From Syntrophales bacterium (GTDB lineage Bacteria > Desulfobacterota > Syntrophia > Syntrophales > UBA2185): 64,000 bases of DNA. Where the stretch lies: assembly GCA_035685925.1 (NCBI GenBank), contig DASRZZ010000009.1, positions 1,195-65,194 on the forward strand, given 5' to 3'. The first letter of the stretch is position 1; every line of letters starts with the position of its first letter. A program made the translations under genes and the position numbers. The notes below the pieces were generated by a model. It searched no databases, had not been told where the DNA came from, and was given only the letters and a program-made list of their open reading frames with translations. This document shows positions 20,558-31,037 of this stretch, one piece after another.

Positions 20558-21102
20558 TCAGGATTAATCTTCTTCCCTATCGGGAAAGGGAAAAAAAGGA
20601 AGGTGTGACTCGGCAGATTGTTATCATTGTCATTAGTTCCGTCGTCTTTCTCCTTGCCATCGGTTCATTCCAACTTTATCTAGTAATAAGCACAAGCAAC
20701 CTTGAGAGGGACGTAAAGATTCAGGAAGAGGAACTCGCTCGTCTAAAAAAGACTATAGTTGACATAGAGCAGTATAAGTTGAACATGGCGACATTGCAGA
20801 AAAAACTCGCCATAATCAACGCCCTCGAAGAAAACCGTCTTGCACCTGTTAAGATGCTCGACGAACTTTCACTAGTGGTTCCTGTGAAGGAGGTGTGGCT
20901 CGATAAAATCTCGGAAAAAGGAACTGAAATTACCATGGAAGGCATGGCGAGAAACAATATCGCCGTTGCACACTTCATGAAGAATCTTTCTGTGGCCAAC
21001 TTTGTCAAGGCTGTCGATTTGATATCCACCAGGGAAAAAGAAATCGCTGGCATAAAATTGCAACAGTTCGTTATAACTTGTGTGAAAAAAAAGGTTCAAT
21101 AG
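20554..21102 (+). CDS. pilN: Type IV pilus assembly protein PilN
   Basis: MIRINLLPYRE start, a single TM helix and a coiled coil. 4-nt overlap with pilM. Confidence 0.85.
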   Translation: MIRINLLPYREREKKEGVTRQIVIIVISSVVFLLAIGSFQLYLVISTSNLERDVKIQEEELARLKKTIVDIEQYKLNMATLQKKLAIINALEENRLAPVKMLDELSLVVPVKEVWLDKISEKGTEITMEGMARNNIAVAHFMKNLSVANFVKAVDLISTREKEIAGIKLQQFVITCVKKKVQ

Positions 21103-21106
21103 TTGC

Positions 21107-21811
21107 GTGGCCATTACTGTCGATGACATAAAAAAGTGGTCCCCAAAGCGTAAGGCAATGGCGCTTTGCCTTATTTATTTGCTATTGGGTGGCGCATACT
21201 ATTCTCTTTTTATGCAACCATCAATGGATCAGAAAGGGTCTTTGGAAACGAAACTTTCCGAGCTCCAGGAGCAGGTTCAGGAAAAAGGACGCCTGGCAGC
21301 ACAAAAGGGCAAATATGCGAGAGAGGTTAGTGCCCTAAGGGAAGCATTTAAGATAGCCCTCATGAAGCTGCCAGACCAGCGTGAGATACCGGGTCTCTTA
21401 TATGCTGTTGCCGAGGCTGGGAAAGATTCCGGCGTAGATTTTATCCTTTTCGAACCGAAACAAGCAGAAAAGAAACCTCGTGAAGCAGAATCTGTCACAG
21501 TAAAGCAGCCAGCTCAAAAGGCCGCGGCAGAAAAGCCGGCTGACAAGAAACGTGCCGATACACCAAACCCACAGGAGGAGCAGTTTTACGAGGAGATACC
21601 AGTTAAAGTGACCGTCAGTGGAGGCTTTCACAGCGCGGTGGCTTTTTTCGCGAGGGTCGCAAAGCTTCCCAGGATCGTCAATATTGAAGATATAACCATG
21701 TCAGAAACAAAGGACGTAAAACGGGGACGACTTCTTACCACGAATTGTGTGATAAAGACTTACATGTTCCTCGAAAAAATGGATGAGAAGAAAGGTGATG
21801 GGACAAAATAG
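21107..21811 (+). CDS. pilO: Type IV pilus assembly protein PilO
   Basis: TM helix and coiled coil, then the C-terminal VKVTVSGGFHSAVAFFARVAKLPRIVNIEDI. GTG start. Contains a low-complexity A/K/P-rich insert. Confidence 0.75.
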   Translation: MAITVDDIKKWSPKRKAMALCLIYLLLGGAYYSLFMQPSMDQKGSLETKLSELQEQVQEKGRLAAQKGKYAREVSALREAFKIALMKLPDQREIPGLLYAVAEAGKDSGVDFILFEPKQAEKKPREAESVTVKQPAQKAAAEKPADKKRADTPNPQEEQFYEEIPVKVTVSGGFHSAVAFFARVAKLPRIVNIEDITMSETKDVKRGRLLTTNCVIKTYMFLEKMDEKKGDGTK

Positions 21812-22334
21812 ACCCCTGTTTTGTGTAATGCGAATCCTTCTGGCCTCAATTACGGTTCTATTGCTTTCTGTATCTGCGTCTATCGCCGTGCTTCCGCAAT
21901 CAACTGAAACAAAAGCACAGGGTGCTGACGTGGCTGAGGCGAAGATCCAGGATGTCAAAACGGCCCCCACATACAATTATAATCCGATAGGAAAGCCCGA
22001 TCCCTTTAGACCTTTTATAGAACTGGAGCCGAGTCCGAAAAAAAAGACTGCGCCAAGAACTACGCCCATCTCACCTCTCCAGAGGGCAAGTATTAATGAT
22101 TTCAGGCTTGTTGGGGTCTCCAGCGATGACTATCACAGAATAGCTATGGTACAGGATGTTAAAGGTAGAGCCTACCCGATTTTTATGGGCACCTATATCG
22201 GCCAAAATGGCGGGAAGGTAGTAGAGATACTTCCGGACCGGATCATTATTGAAGAAAAAATCAAAGCAGCAGACAAGAAGGTGAAAGCGAAAAGACTGAC
22301 CATGAAACTTCGCAAGGACGAAGGTGAGGACTAG
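21783..22334 (+). CDS. pilP: Type IV pilus assembly protein PilP
   Basis: Signal/lipoprotein-like N-terminus, a DPFRPF motif, and the expected position between pilO and pilQ. The start is uncertain (several in-frame Met). Confidence 0.7.
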   Translation: MRRKVMGQNRPLFCVMRILLASITVLLLSVSASIAVLPQSTETKAQGADVAEAKIQDVKTAPTYNYNPIGKPDPFRPFIELEPSPKKKTAPRTTPISPLQRASINDFRLVGVSSDDYHRIAMVQDVKGRAYPIFMGTYIGQNGGKVVEILPDRIIIEEKIKAADKKVKAKRLTMKLRKDEGED

Positions 22335-22336
22335 CC

Positions 22337-24094
22337 ATGAAAAAAATTATGCCTTGGATTATAATTTTCATTGTTTCTGTAATATTTCTTGGCAATACCG
22401 AATTTGCCGGTAGCGTTCCGCCGGGAGAGAAAACATCTCAGGAGGCGCCTGCAGCCAAGGTACAGGGCAGAGATTTCGGCTACCTGGAAAATATAAAATT
22501 AGACAGAATAAACGGTAAGGAGCGTCTCATCATTGCTTTATCCAAACAATCAAGTGTTGCTATCGAATCCATAGGTGGCAATAATCTGTTAGTAAAAATG
22601 GCGAATGTGTTTGTACCGGAGGAGCTCAAACGCACCCTGGGTGAAGGAATGCTTTCAAATATAGTAAGTGTTGTGCCTTCCCAAAAAACAGTTGATGGTG
22701 AACAATGGGCATTTATCACCATCGCATTAAGAGAGCTTGTCCCCTACAAGGTGAATCAGGAAGGACAAAATGTCCTGATTGACTTCGATGTCAGGACCCT
22801 TGCTGCCAAGTCCCCTGTAGCCGGGCAGAAGGCGCCAGACATTACAAAAGAATCGCGAATAGTTACGGAAGTTTCCAAAGAAAATACAACTCAAAGGCAA
22901 GGGGGGCCTCCCTATGTAGGTCGTGCGGTGACGCTTGATTTTCAGGATGCAAGTATTAAGACCGTCCTCAGATTGCTCTCCGAGGTGGGGGGAGTCACAA
23001 TAGTATCCGGAGATGATGTCAAGGGGAACGTGACTTTATACATGAAGAAGGTCCCCTGGAATCAGGCTCTTGATACCATTTTAGATGTACAGGGCCTTGT
23101 CAAGAAACAGAAGGGTGACGTAATCAGTGTCATGACTGTCGAGAAATGGAAAAAAGACGAGGCTGACCGTAGGACGGCGGAGGAAGATCGCCTCAAAGCC
23201 GAGGCTATTACCAAGAAGGCAGAACAGGATCGTCTCGAAGAGAGAGGAAAACTGAGGCAGATATCCATAGAGGCAAAAATTGTTCAGGCCACGGATGAAT
23301 TCATCAGGAATATCGGGGTTACCTGGGGAGCGGTGTCATACAATTCTATTGGAAACTATTCCTCCGCCTTGACTGGTGGTACAAATACAAGCGTCCCCAC
23401 GACGCCGAATACCGTAACATGGGGATATCCAACCGGCCTTCCCACTGCGAACACGTCTGGAAACGTAATGCAGTCTGCTGCTGTCAATTATCCATCAGCA
23501 ATCCCGGGGTCGCCGACATTCGGTCTCATCATAGGAGGGGCCAATGCTGTTCTAGAAGCCCAGATTCAGGCCCTGGAAACGAACAATCTGGGGAAGATCA
23601 TTTCATCGCCAAAAGTTACCACCATGGATAATGTCAAGGCATCGATAAAGCAGGGACAGGAAATTCCCTACGTAACAATAGACAAAGATGGAAACAGGAG
23701 TATTACCTTTAAAGAAGCCGTCCTGAAACTGGACGTCAAACCCAAGATTACGCCTGATGGCACAATTTCCATGGAGATTAAAGCGACAAACGATTCTGCG
23801 GACTATGCCGAGGGTGTCCTACTGGGTGGGAACCCACCCATTAACAAGAGTGAGGTTGAGTCCAAGATTGTCGTCAATGATGGAGACACCATTGTCATAG
23901 GGGGAATCCTAATAACATCTGACCAACGGCAAGTCTCCGGTGTTCCCTGGTTCATGAAGATACCAGTGTTGGGCTGGCTGTTCAAAACTGAAAGTGTCGA
24001 CAAAAAACGCCAACAGTTTATGGTGTTTATCACCCCTAAGATAATAGTAAAAGAAGATACAGGTTCCGAAAAATTATATAAGCCGCAGGGATAG
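22337..24094 (+). CDS. pilQ: Type IV pilus secretin PilQ
   Basis: AMIN-like N-terminus. Secretin C-terminus: VVNDGDTIVIGGI...VSGVPWFMKIPVLGWLFK. Confidence 0.9.
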   Translation: MKKIMPWIIIFIVSVIFLGNTEFAGSVPPGEKTSQEAPAAKVQGRDFGYLENIKLDRINGKERLIIALSKQSSVAIESIGGNNLLVKMANVFVPEELKRTLGEGMLSNIVSVVPSQKTVDGEQWAFITIALRELVPYKVNQEGQNVLIDFDVRTLAAKSPVAGQKAPDITKESRIVTEVSKENTTQRQGGPPYVGRAVTLDFQDASIKTVLRLLSEVGGVTIVSGDDVKGNVTLYMKKVPWNQALDTILDVQGLVKKQKGDVISVMTVEKWKKDEADRRTAEEDRLKAEAITKKAEQDRLEERGKLRQISIEAKIVQATDEFIRNIGVTWGAVSYNSIGNYSSALTGGTNTSVPTTPNTVTWGYPTGLPTANTSGNVMQSAAVNYPSAIPGSPTFGLIIGGANAVLEAQIQALETNNLGKIISSPKVTTMDNVKASIKQGQEIPYVTIDKDGNRSITFKEAVLKLDVKPKITPDGTISMEIKATNDSADYAEGVLLGGNPPINKSEVESKIVVNDGDTIVIGGILITSDQRQVSGVPWFMKIPVLGWLFKTESVDKKRQQFMVFITPKIIVKEDTGSEKLYKPQG

Positions 24095-24176
24095 GACATC
24101 TTCTTTTTCTTACATTTAAGATGTGTCGGCAGTCTCTGGCGCTATTGCATTTACAGTTAAAATTCTGAAAGTGAAG

Positions 24177-24950
24177 ATGAACCGTTCAAAAACAATAAGA
24201 CATGCCGCCCTCATGGCATGCGCTATTGCCATTGCGGCTTGCGCTATGAGCCCCTGGGATCAGGAACGGGCAGATTCGCACGTAAACATCGGGACTGCAT
24301 ATTTAGGGACAGGACAGTACAACGATGCCCTAAAGGAAATCCTAGAGGCAGAAAAGCTCTCGCCACGGGACCCGAAGGTGCATTACTATCTGGGCATCTC
24401 TTACTACAGGAAGGGTTTTACTGATAATGCAGTTGATGAATTTAAGAAGGCCATCGCCTTAAAGTCTGACTATTCAGAGGCGCAAAATTATCTGGGGGTA
24501 ATCTACCTGGAGAAGGGCCAATGGGACACTGCCATAGAGTACTTTAAGAAAACTCTTTCCAACATGCTCTATGAGACACCTGACAAGGCACTCTTCAATA
24601 TGGGAATGGCCTACTTTGGAAAAAGGGATTACGAGAACGCCCTGAAAAATTTTGAAGAGGCAAAAAATAAGAAACCGACTACCGTTCCACCCGCTCTGAT
24701 AGACCTCTACATGGGACTAACCTGTTATGCACAGGGTGATACCAAAAAGGCCATTTCTTACTTTAAATCATCCATTAAGGCGGACCCCAATTTATTGCAA
24801 TCCCGCTACTCGTTGGGGCTGTCTTATGTCAAACTGCATGATCCGGAAAAGGCAAAGGCAGAGTTCAAGGCCATTATTGATGCATCCCCTGATTCGGAAT
24901 TGGGGAAAGAGGCCAAGAAAAGCCTCGATTCTATCGTTTCCGGACGTTAA
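24177..24950 (+). CDS. TPR lipoprotein, PilF/PilW/Tgl-like secretin pilotin
   Basis: Lipobox AIAAC after the MNRSKTIRHAALMA signal, followed by about six TPR repeats. Immediately downstream of pilQ. Start taken at the ATG at 24177. Confidence 0.65.
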   Translation: MNRSKTIRHAALMACAIAIAACAMSPWDQERADSHVNIGTAYLGTGQYNDALKEILEAEKLSPRDPKVHYYLGISYYRKGFTDNAVDEFKKAIALKSDYSEAQNYLGVIYLEKGQWDTAIEYFKKTLSNMLYETPDKALFNMGMAYFGKRDYENALKNFEEAKNKKPTTVPPALIDLYMGLTCYAQGDTKKAISYFKSSIKADPNLLQSRYSLGLSYVKLHDPEKAKAEFKAIIDASPDSELGKEAKKSLDSIVSGR

Positions 24951-25225
24951 CAAGAACAGCCGCGCGACATTGTCACCTTTTTCCCTTTCACTATAACAAC
25001 TTCAGAAATTACCTCTTTATCCCTTCGGCTATCCTTCTTACATCCGCATCCATTATATTTCTCACGATAGCCGTGTAAAGCAAGATCCCCTGGATAGCCG
25101 CTGTTGTTCGCCATGACGCCACCTGAAAATTTTCCCTCCTTGCTTCTATGTCATTGGAGGAGCAGCGGAACATGGTTATCGCTTTTTGTAATCAACGAAG
25201 TTTGATTTGCATACTTTTGGGATTA

Positions 25226-28200
25226 TCACTGTATTCTCCGATCCCTCCAGTTGAGGATGTTGACCCTGTTAGAGATCCCCGGAGGGTTGAAGTTCACGCG
25301 CTGCGTGCTTGCCGAGACACCGCCGCCGCCGCTCACCGTCACATAAATATCCGGTATGGTCGACGCTCCCGGTTTCATGGAAAGCATGGGTGAAGAGGCG
25401 ATACCGGCCCCGAGTGACATGCTTCGTGCCGAGCTGCCGAATGCGCCGTCACCTGAGGTATAGTTTAGTGCATATAGCGATGATGTGCCACCCTGCAAGC
25501 AGAGGTCGCCGCTACCTGTAGGGGGTGTGTAGCTTGTGAAGTAGACAACGCCGCCAAACACCGTGGGATCGGCGAGCATCTTTTCACCCGTTCCTGGTAG
25601 GTTGATGTAAAACCCGTCCTGGCTGTCGCCAGGGTTGTATGCCTGTCCCGCTGTTGAAATATTCTTCAGATTGCTGGATGCGTAGGTTGTGCTCCGGTCA
25701 TTGTCCTTCACGCCGAATACCGTGTCGCCGGTGGTTGCGTCCTTGGGCATTTCCTTATTTCCGGTGCCCCAGTAGACCCAGAGATTCTGCTGATCATCCA
25801 AAGAAACGGCAGCGCTCTGGAAGATGGGCTGGACTGTGGCAGATCTGTAGAGACGCCCGCCTGCCCAGTTGACGGTTTGGCCGCTGATCCCGCAGGAGTT
25901 CAGCTGTGCCGGCGGTGCCAGCATATCTGCGGCCCGGCAGAAGTTGAAGCGCCACATGTTTCCCCCCATGTCCCCCACATAAACTGTATCGACAAAGCCA
26001 TCCTGATCCGTATCGACAATAGCCGGGGCTGCCGGTATGCTGTATTTCATATTCGCGTCATCCCCGTATGTGTAGCTCCAGAGGATATGTCCATTGGAGA
26101 GGTCGACAACATAAAATCCCTTTCCCCGGCAGTCGCAAACCCCGCAGGCGCCTCCGCCGGAACAGTCGGAGATGTTGTAGCCTCCGCCGATGAACCCGAC
26201 CCACTTCTCATACTCCTGTCCGCCCGAATTGTACCTGACCCTGCCTACCATCATCTTGCTCCAGGGTGCACCAAGGTAGGGCCCATCTGTTGCGCTTATT
26301 TGAGTGGAGCCGCCGAGGTGCCAGTAATAGGAGGACGGTATCGCCGCGTTGTTCGTCAGATCAAAGGCGTAATAGCCGCAGTAATAAGGATACGTGGAGT
26401 CATAGGTGGTTTGATAGTTTCCGTCGCACTGAGAATTGGAACTCCATATCTGGGCATAGTAACTCCCTGTAGGGACACCGCCGTTCCCTTCGCCCAAGAT
26501 CGCCAGGGTGTGCCAGTCAGAATTTACCTTGCTGGTCCCGTCGGCCGTTCCACCCGCACTCTTCCACCATACATCAGCCACCGTTACCGGACCGTCCACA
26601 AAATACTCGTGGGCAAGCGTAGAAGGATTGGTGGTATGGGCGAGGTATTGGAGCTGGGGAAGGAGGTTGGGGGGAATAAAGCTCCACTGCTCGGATCCGT
26701 CAGATGTCTTGAAGGCATGGAACTGGCCGTCATTTGCCCCAGCAACGATAAGCCGCAGGCCATTGGCGGATGTACGCGTATTATCGCACCTGAACTTACC
26801 AAAGGCATTGGTCACGACAGAATTACATGTGTATGTATAATTTGTATCGCGGGTGTCCTCGAAAAAGGGGTTCGGTGTCCCCACATTGACTGGGTTTGAG
26901 TGGAATGTATCACCGAGCTTCCAGCCGTCAGGGTTATATGCGGGGTTTCCCTGGACATACCCTACGATAGCATCCCTCTGTGCATTAGTTGCGACACCGA
27001 AGCTGGTACTGGGAATAGACGTATCGAAGGTTATCAGGCTGCCGTTGCTGGAGGTATATATGTTGCGGGTGGAGTAATTCCGTCCCGCAAGAATGGACCC
27101 CGCTTCCCAGAGCACATAGCCCAGTGTCCCGTCAGCATTAATGTTATATTTCTTCAGATATCCCCGCCAGAAAGGATCGCCATTCACAGGCGAGAACGAG
27201 GCTTCATAGAGGTAGTTTTCGTCCGTAATCCGTGAGGAGGAAACGGAGGCGACCGTAAATGAATAGGTCTTCGATATAATGTCCGCCGGTATGGCGGCAA
27301 GGGCCGCGGCGAGCTGTGTTGGGTTATCGGCGTAATAGGCATGACCGTTCGCGTCTGCCGTACCGCCGTGCACGGCCATGGCGTCGAGTTGCACCTTGGC
27401 CTGGTCCGTGAGGGCCATACCTAGGACATAGGTATTTATATCAAAGGTGTAACCGGTGATGGACGGCACCGTCAGTGTCCTTAAGGTATCCATCTGGGCG
27501 AGCACCCCAGGTATCTCGTTAACGGCGCTGTCGTTTCCACCGGCGGCGTTCGTGTCGGGTAGCCCATCCGTTACGAAGATTATGAAATTTTTCTGGCACC
27601 AAGCCTGTACGGGGCTTGTATAGGCGACACCGCTCTGATAGTCCGTCCCACCTTGAAAGTAATTGACGGCCGACTGGAAGGTGCCCTCCGTCGGCGTAAG
27701 CCCCGCATTCACTATATAGGTGCAGGCATTGGGGTTTCCTGTATTCGTACAGCTCATGTAGCCCACCGGGTCATTTTCGTGCATGGCAAGTTTCGCAGTC
27801 AAGGCATTGAGCTGGCTGTTGTTGGCCGTGTTATCGGCGCAGGCCACATGGAGATAGCCATCGCCCGGAGAGCTGTTGGCAAACCATGTCTGTCCCGTGG
27901 GATACCAGAATATCCGCCTGCCGAATTCGTGAAAACCGAGGGCTATGTCCTCATCTGTCGGGGCTAATTGTCCATTATACCAATTGCCGCTATAATTTGC
28001 ATTATCGTCATTATTTGATGTCTTTGTATAGTAGCAACTGTAAGAATCGCTCGACCAACTATCATCTGCCGTATATGAGGAGGCGTGACAGAAGCCGTTC
28101 CCATCATTTTGGCTGTCATAAAAGGTCCCGGGAATATTGTAATAGACGTAATTGGCGCCGTCTGACGGGTTCACAATACGATTCGTCTTTGGATAGGTAA

Positions 28201-28759
28201 GATTGCAGTACCTGTTACGAGGCTCCGATCCTGCTGCGAAGGCTGTAAGTCCGTCGCTGCCGTTGATATCTGACATTGAGTAATCTGCGTTGAAGGAAGG
28301 GTTGCCGACCTGGCAGGCGCTATTGCAGGTATTTTTACTCGCCACATTTCCTGTCACGCAGTAGTCGACGCACCCTGGTTCTGCGGGTGGGGTCGGGCAC
28401 CACGATTTGCTGTTGTACGAAACAAAATAAGGGCCGTTATGGAGATACCACTTGCTTGCGGCGGGTAGACGGAAGGACATAAGCCCGATCCGCATGTTGT
28501 TTGCGTTGGCATTAACGACATTCAGCAACTGCCTGCGGCCCTCCACGGACCTGCTACCGGTTGCCCAGGAACAGATGGCGTTCCCGACAAAGTCCTCGTC
28601 CATGCTGTTTGAGTTGTCGAGAATGATGAGGACATTGGGCTTCAGGTTGGCTAAGAAGATGTCCGCCTCATCGGCATAAGTTGATTTAACTATACTGGTT
28701 GAGATTGTTAGAAAAAGCAAGATAATGACCGTAACGATATTTCTAAATATCCTGCCCAT
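25226..28759 (-). CDS. pilY1: PilY1/PilC-family pilus tip adhesin with N-terminal vWA domain
   Basis: Signal peptide, then vWA MIDAS LIILDNSNSMDE. C-terminal propeller with the PilY1 Ca-binding-type motif DTDQDGFVDTVYVGDMGGNMWRF. About two dozen Cys residues. Confidence 0.85.
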   Translation of the reverse strand: MGRIFRNIVTVIILLFLTISTSIVKSTYADEADIFLANLKPNVLIILDNSNSMDEDFVGNAICSWATGSRSVEGRRQLLNVVNANANNMRIGLMSFRLPAASKWYLHNGPYFVSYNSKSWCPTPPAEPGCVDYCVTGNVASKNTCNSACQVGNPSFNADYSMSDINGSDGLTAFAAGSEPRNRYCNLTYPKTNRIVNPSDGANYVYYNIPGTFYDSQNDGNGFCHASSYTADDSWSSDSYSCYYTKTSNNDDNANYSGNWYNGQLAPTDEDIALGFHEFGRRIFWYPTGQTWFANSSPGDGYLHVACADNTANNSQLNALTAKLAMHENDPVGYMSCTNTGNPNACTYIVNAGLTPTEGTFQSAVNYFQGGTDYQSGVAYTSPVQAWCQKNFIIFVTDGLPDTNAAGGNDSAVNEIPGVLAQMDTLRTLTVPSITGYTFDINTYVLGMALTDQAKVQLDAMAVHGGTADANGHAYYADNPTQLAAALAAIPADIISKTYSFTVASVSSSRITDENYLYEASFSPVNGDPFWRGYLKKYNINADGTLGYVLWEAGSILAGRNYSTRNIYTSSNGSLITFDTSIPSTSFGVATNAQRDAIVGYVQGNPAYNPDGWKLGDTFHSNPVNVGTPNPFFEDTRDTNYTYTCNSVVTNAFGKFRCDNTRTSANGLRLIVAGANDGQFHAFKTSDGSEQWSFIPPNLLPQLQYLAHTTNPSTLAHEYFVDGPVTVADVWWKSAGGTADGTSKVNSDWHTLAILGEGNGGVPTGSYYAQIWSSNSQCDGNYQTTYDSTYPYYCGYYAFDLTNNAAIPSSYYWHLGGSTQISATDGPYLGAPWSKMMVGRVRYNSGGQEYEKWVGFIGGGYNISDCSGGGACGVCDCRGKGFYVVDLSNGHILWSYTYGDDANMKYSIPAAPAIVDTDQDGFVDTVYVGDMGGNMWRFNFCRAADMLAPPAQLNSCGISGQTVNWAGGRLYRSATVQPIFQSAAVSLDDQQNLWVYWGTGNKEMPKDATTGDTVFGVKDNDRSTTYASSNLKNISTAGQAYNPGDSQDGFYINLPGTGEKMLADPTVFGGVVYFTSYTPPTGSGDLCLQGGTSSLYALNYTSGDGAFGSSARSMSLGAGIASSPMLSMKPGASTIPDIYVTVSGGGGVSASTQRVNFNPPGISNRVNILNWRDRRIQ

Positions 28760-28789
28760 AAAATACTCCTTTACGTCATGGATAACCTT

Positions 28790-29113
28790 TTAACGTAAGA
28801 CGACCTCTTTCAATACACCATTTACAAACATGAGCTCCGCGAGTTTCTTGTTTTGAGATATGCGCTTGGTGCCCGTTAGATCGATCACCTTGACCCCGGA
28901 GAGATCGTAGCTCTTGTTCCCTTCCAGGTAGAGCACGTTATTTGCGATCCTCTTCACAAATTGAGAGGATTTCGTAACCTGATTCTGTTTCGCCTGCGGG
29001 GCGCCTTTTCCGCCTTCCACACCGGTGGCCATAAGCGCTCCTGCATCAGTGACGGAGAAAACGAATAAGAAAAATATAATCAAAGCATAAAGAGTATTCT
29101 GATTTTTCGACAT
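28790..29113 (-). CDS. Small secreted protein of unknown function (between pilX and pilY1)
   Basis: N-terminal hydrophobic signal LYALIIFFLFVFSVTDAGA. I recognise no motif. Its operon position supports it being a real gene. Confidence 0.5.
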   Translation of the reverse strand: MSKNQNTLYALIIFFLFVFSVTDAGALMATGVEGGKGAPQAKQNQVTKSSQFVKRIANNVLYLEGNKSYDLSGVKVIDLTGTKRISQNKKLAELMFVNGVLKEVVLR

Positions 29114-29260
29114 GATTCACCTCCTCGTGAATTTCGCTGTGCAGCCCTGGTTTTTTCAGGATACCGTCAGACCAGGAACAGAGTCATCACCGGACAATAG
29201 GGTATTGAATGCGGTAGTTGTCACAGGACAGCGCGTCCTGCCTCTTTTCACTTGATGTTC

Positions 29261-29743
29261 CTACCTTTGCATGGTTGTCATTTCCACAGGGCCGTACCCC
29301 ACCCCCACGCCAATTGTCACCTGCGTATTATATTCCGTGTTTGTTCCCACCACATCTACATTATATCTGCTCTGCCCCCACCGTTGACCTCCGCCGATAG
29401 CGTAGCCCGCAATCGGTAATATTACGGGGCCCACCCTCGGGAATGTGGCAGGATAGTTAATAGTGAAGCTGGACACACCATCGGCCCTGCTTGTTTTTAC
29501 CGGGCTAGGGACGAGATTCTGGGGATCAAATGTCTGTAACAGACTGTTGACACCTGTATCTGCTGCAGCAAGAGATCTCTTATCACCGACAATTTTCACG
29601 CTCACCCTGATATCCTGGGTCGATAGAGAAATAACTAGCGTTCCCAAGGCGAGAAGGATGAGGCAGGCCATAATGGCCGCGATAAGGGCGAACCCTCTTT
29701 CGGAATTCTTTTTGGAGAGCGCTCTAAGTATATTTTTATCCAT
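29261..29743 (-). CDS. pilX: PilX-like minor pilin
   Basis: ERGFALIAAIMACLILLALG N-terminal hydrophobic segment without the canonical E5, as in PilX. Correct position after pilW. Confidence 0.6.
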   Translation of the reverse strand: MDKNILRALSKKNSERGFALIAAIMACLILLALGTLVISLSTQDIRVSVKIVGDKRSLAAADTGVNSLLQTFDPQNLVPSPVKTSRADGVSSFTINYPATFPRVGPVILPIAGYAIGGGQRWGQSRYNVDVVGTNTEYNTQVTIGVGVGYGPVEMTTMQR

Positions 29744-29755
29744 GGTATTCCGGGA

Positions 29756-30643
29756 TTAATTGTTTCTCAGGGTCTCTCGGGTCTTATAAATCATCCTTCT
29801 TGTCAGGCCTGTGCTCGGATCGATCTCGTCCGTTTCGACTGCCAGGGTAATCTCTACCATTCTGATAGTCCCTGTGCATCCGGGCAGGCAGTTCGACTGA
29901 TTTGCGCCTGCAGAAGCCGCTATGGGAAGGAGCTCTGTTGCCTGCCCATCGAAGTAACGGAAAACAGGAATCGGAGGGATAAAGTCTGCGTTGATGATCC
30001 TAACCGTCCGGGGATTGCCGCTCGCTATGGTATCCCCCAGGAAGGGTTGGCCTCCCCCGCAATTTGTCTCTCTTGTAATATACCTGTCATCGCCTGCCTG
30101 CACAAAGTTATACCTTATGATCTCGTTGAGTTCCGTAGCAGGGTTGCCGATAAGGACGCCGTTGCCGTCAGAATTGCCATTGGCATCCGTACCGCCCGCT
30201 ATATCCATTTCCACGGTAATCGAATTCGGTGTAGCCTCCTGAATTCCCTTGTATGCCTGATTTGCCGATTGTGTAGTGCAGAAGTTAGCCCCTCCCGGAT
30301 TCCCGTCGCTGCGCCATATGGTTGTGGAAAATGCCGGGTTATAGGATGCCATCTTGATCTCCAGGGCCATAATCTCCAGGGCGCCCCTTGCATCCTGCTG
30401 GGCCGTAACCTTTCTCTCTATGCCCCCGGATGACCTCGATGCCGACTCGATGGCGATGCCGATGGCGAAGATCATGATGAGCGAGACAGCAATGGCTATA
30501 ATGATTTCAATAAGTGTAAAACCTCTCGCTTCATTTATACGGTTTGGCCCCTTAGAAATCAGCTGGCGCAGCATTTGAGCCATTTGCACATCCTGCTGGA
30601 AATCTGAAACTTTCCTGTTGCGTAACATCAGCGCTCTCCACAA
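29756..30643 (-). CDS. pilW: PilW-like minor pilin
   Basis: Prepilin motif ARGFTLIEIIIAIAV. The real start is probably the in-frame Met at 30583 or 30574, which reduces the overlap with pilV. Confidence 0.7.
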   Translation of the reverse strand: MWRALMLRNRKVSDFQQDVQMAQMLRQLISKGPNRINEARGFTLIEIIIAIAVSLIMIFAIGIAIESASRSSGGIERKVTAQQDARGALEIMALEIKMASYNPAFSTTIWRSDGNPGGANFCTTQSANQAYKGIQEATPNSITVEMDIAGGTDANGNSDGNGVLIGNPATELNEIIRYNFVQAGDDRYITRETNCGGGQPFLGDTIASGNPRTVRIINADFIPPIPVFRYFDGQATELLPIAASAGANQSNCLPGCTGTIRMVEITLAVETDEIDPSTGLTRRMIYKTRETLRNN

Positions 30644-31037
30644 GATTCCGGTAATTGCGCGCCACCTGATCAGGCCACGTAACCGTCACTGTACAAGTCC
30701 ATGAATTAGTAGTGCCGCCGACGGCGGTGATATTTGTGTTCACTGTATAAGTGGCATCCCCACGAACTTCTGCTCCCAGGCCGCTGACGATGATATTTTG
30801 CACCGGCCTGTCCCCTGTCGGAACTACGTTGCAGGGATTCATGATCCATGCCTCCCGGAGTTCAAGCTCCCTGTGCAATATCCCTGCGCCCCTACCTAGA
30901 TAATCCGATTTTCCGACCGTTCTCCACGCCGTCGGTTGCATTGACAAGATGGCCATAACGCCGAAGGTTACAAGGAATATGGCGATAACCACCTCAATCA
31001 GACCGATCCCCCGTTTACATAATATTAAACGTGACAT
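30552..31037 (-). CDS. pilV: PilV-like minor pilin
   Basis: Prepilin motif KRGIGLIEVVIAIFLV with E at +5. Size and order match fimU-pilVWXY1 loci. Confidence 0.7.
   Translation of the reverse strand: MSRLILCKRGIGLIEVVIAIFLVTFGVMAILSMQPTAWRTVGKSDYLGRGAGILHRELELREAWIMNPCNVVPTGDRPVQNIIVSGLGAEVRGDATYTVNTNITAVGGTTNSWTCTVTVTWPDQVARNYRNLVESADVTQQESFRFPAGCANGSNAAPADF

Noticed and set aside
24947-25114. 55-aa minus-strand ORF with CGC and C-terminal CSC motifs, downstream of pilY1
   Set aside because: The only strong SD-like AAGGAGG is about 20 nt from the ATG, which is too far. The ORF overlaps the end of the convergent TPR pilotin gene, and I recognise no family. Kept only as a note.
25877-26899. 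340-aa plus-strand ORF, plus several 70-110-aa ORFs between 25148 and 28679
   Set aside because: All are antisense to pilY1, whose GC-rich, Gly/Asn/Tyr-rich coding sequence keeps the opposite strand open. The translations are low-complexity and Arg/Pro/Gly-rich.
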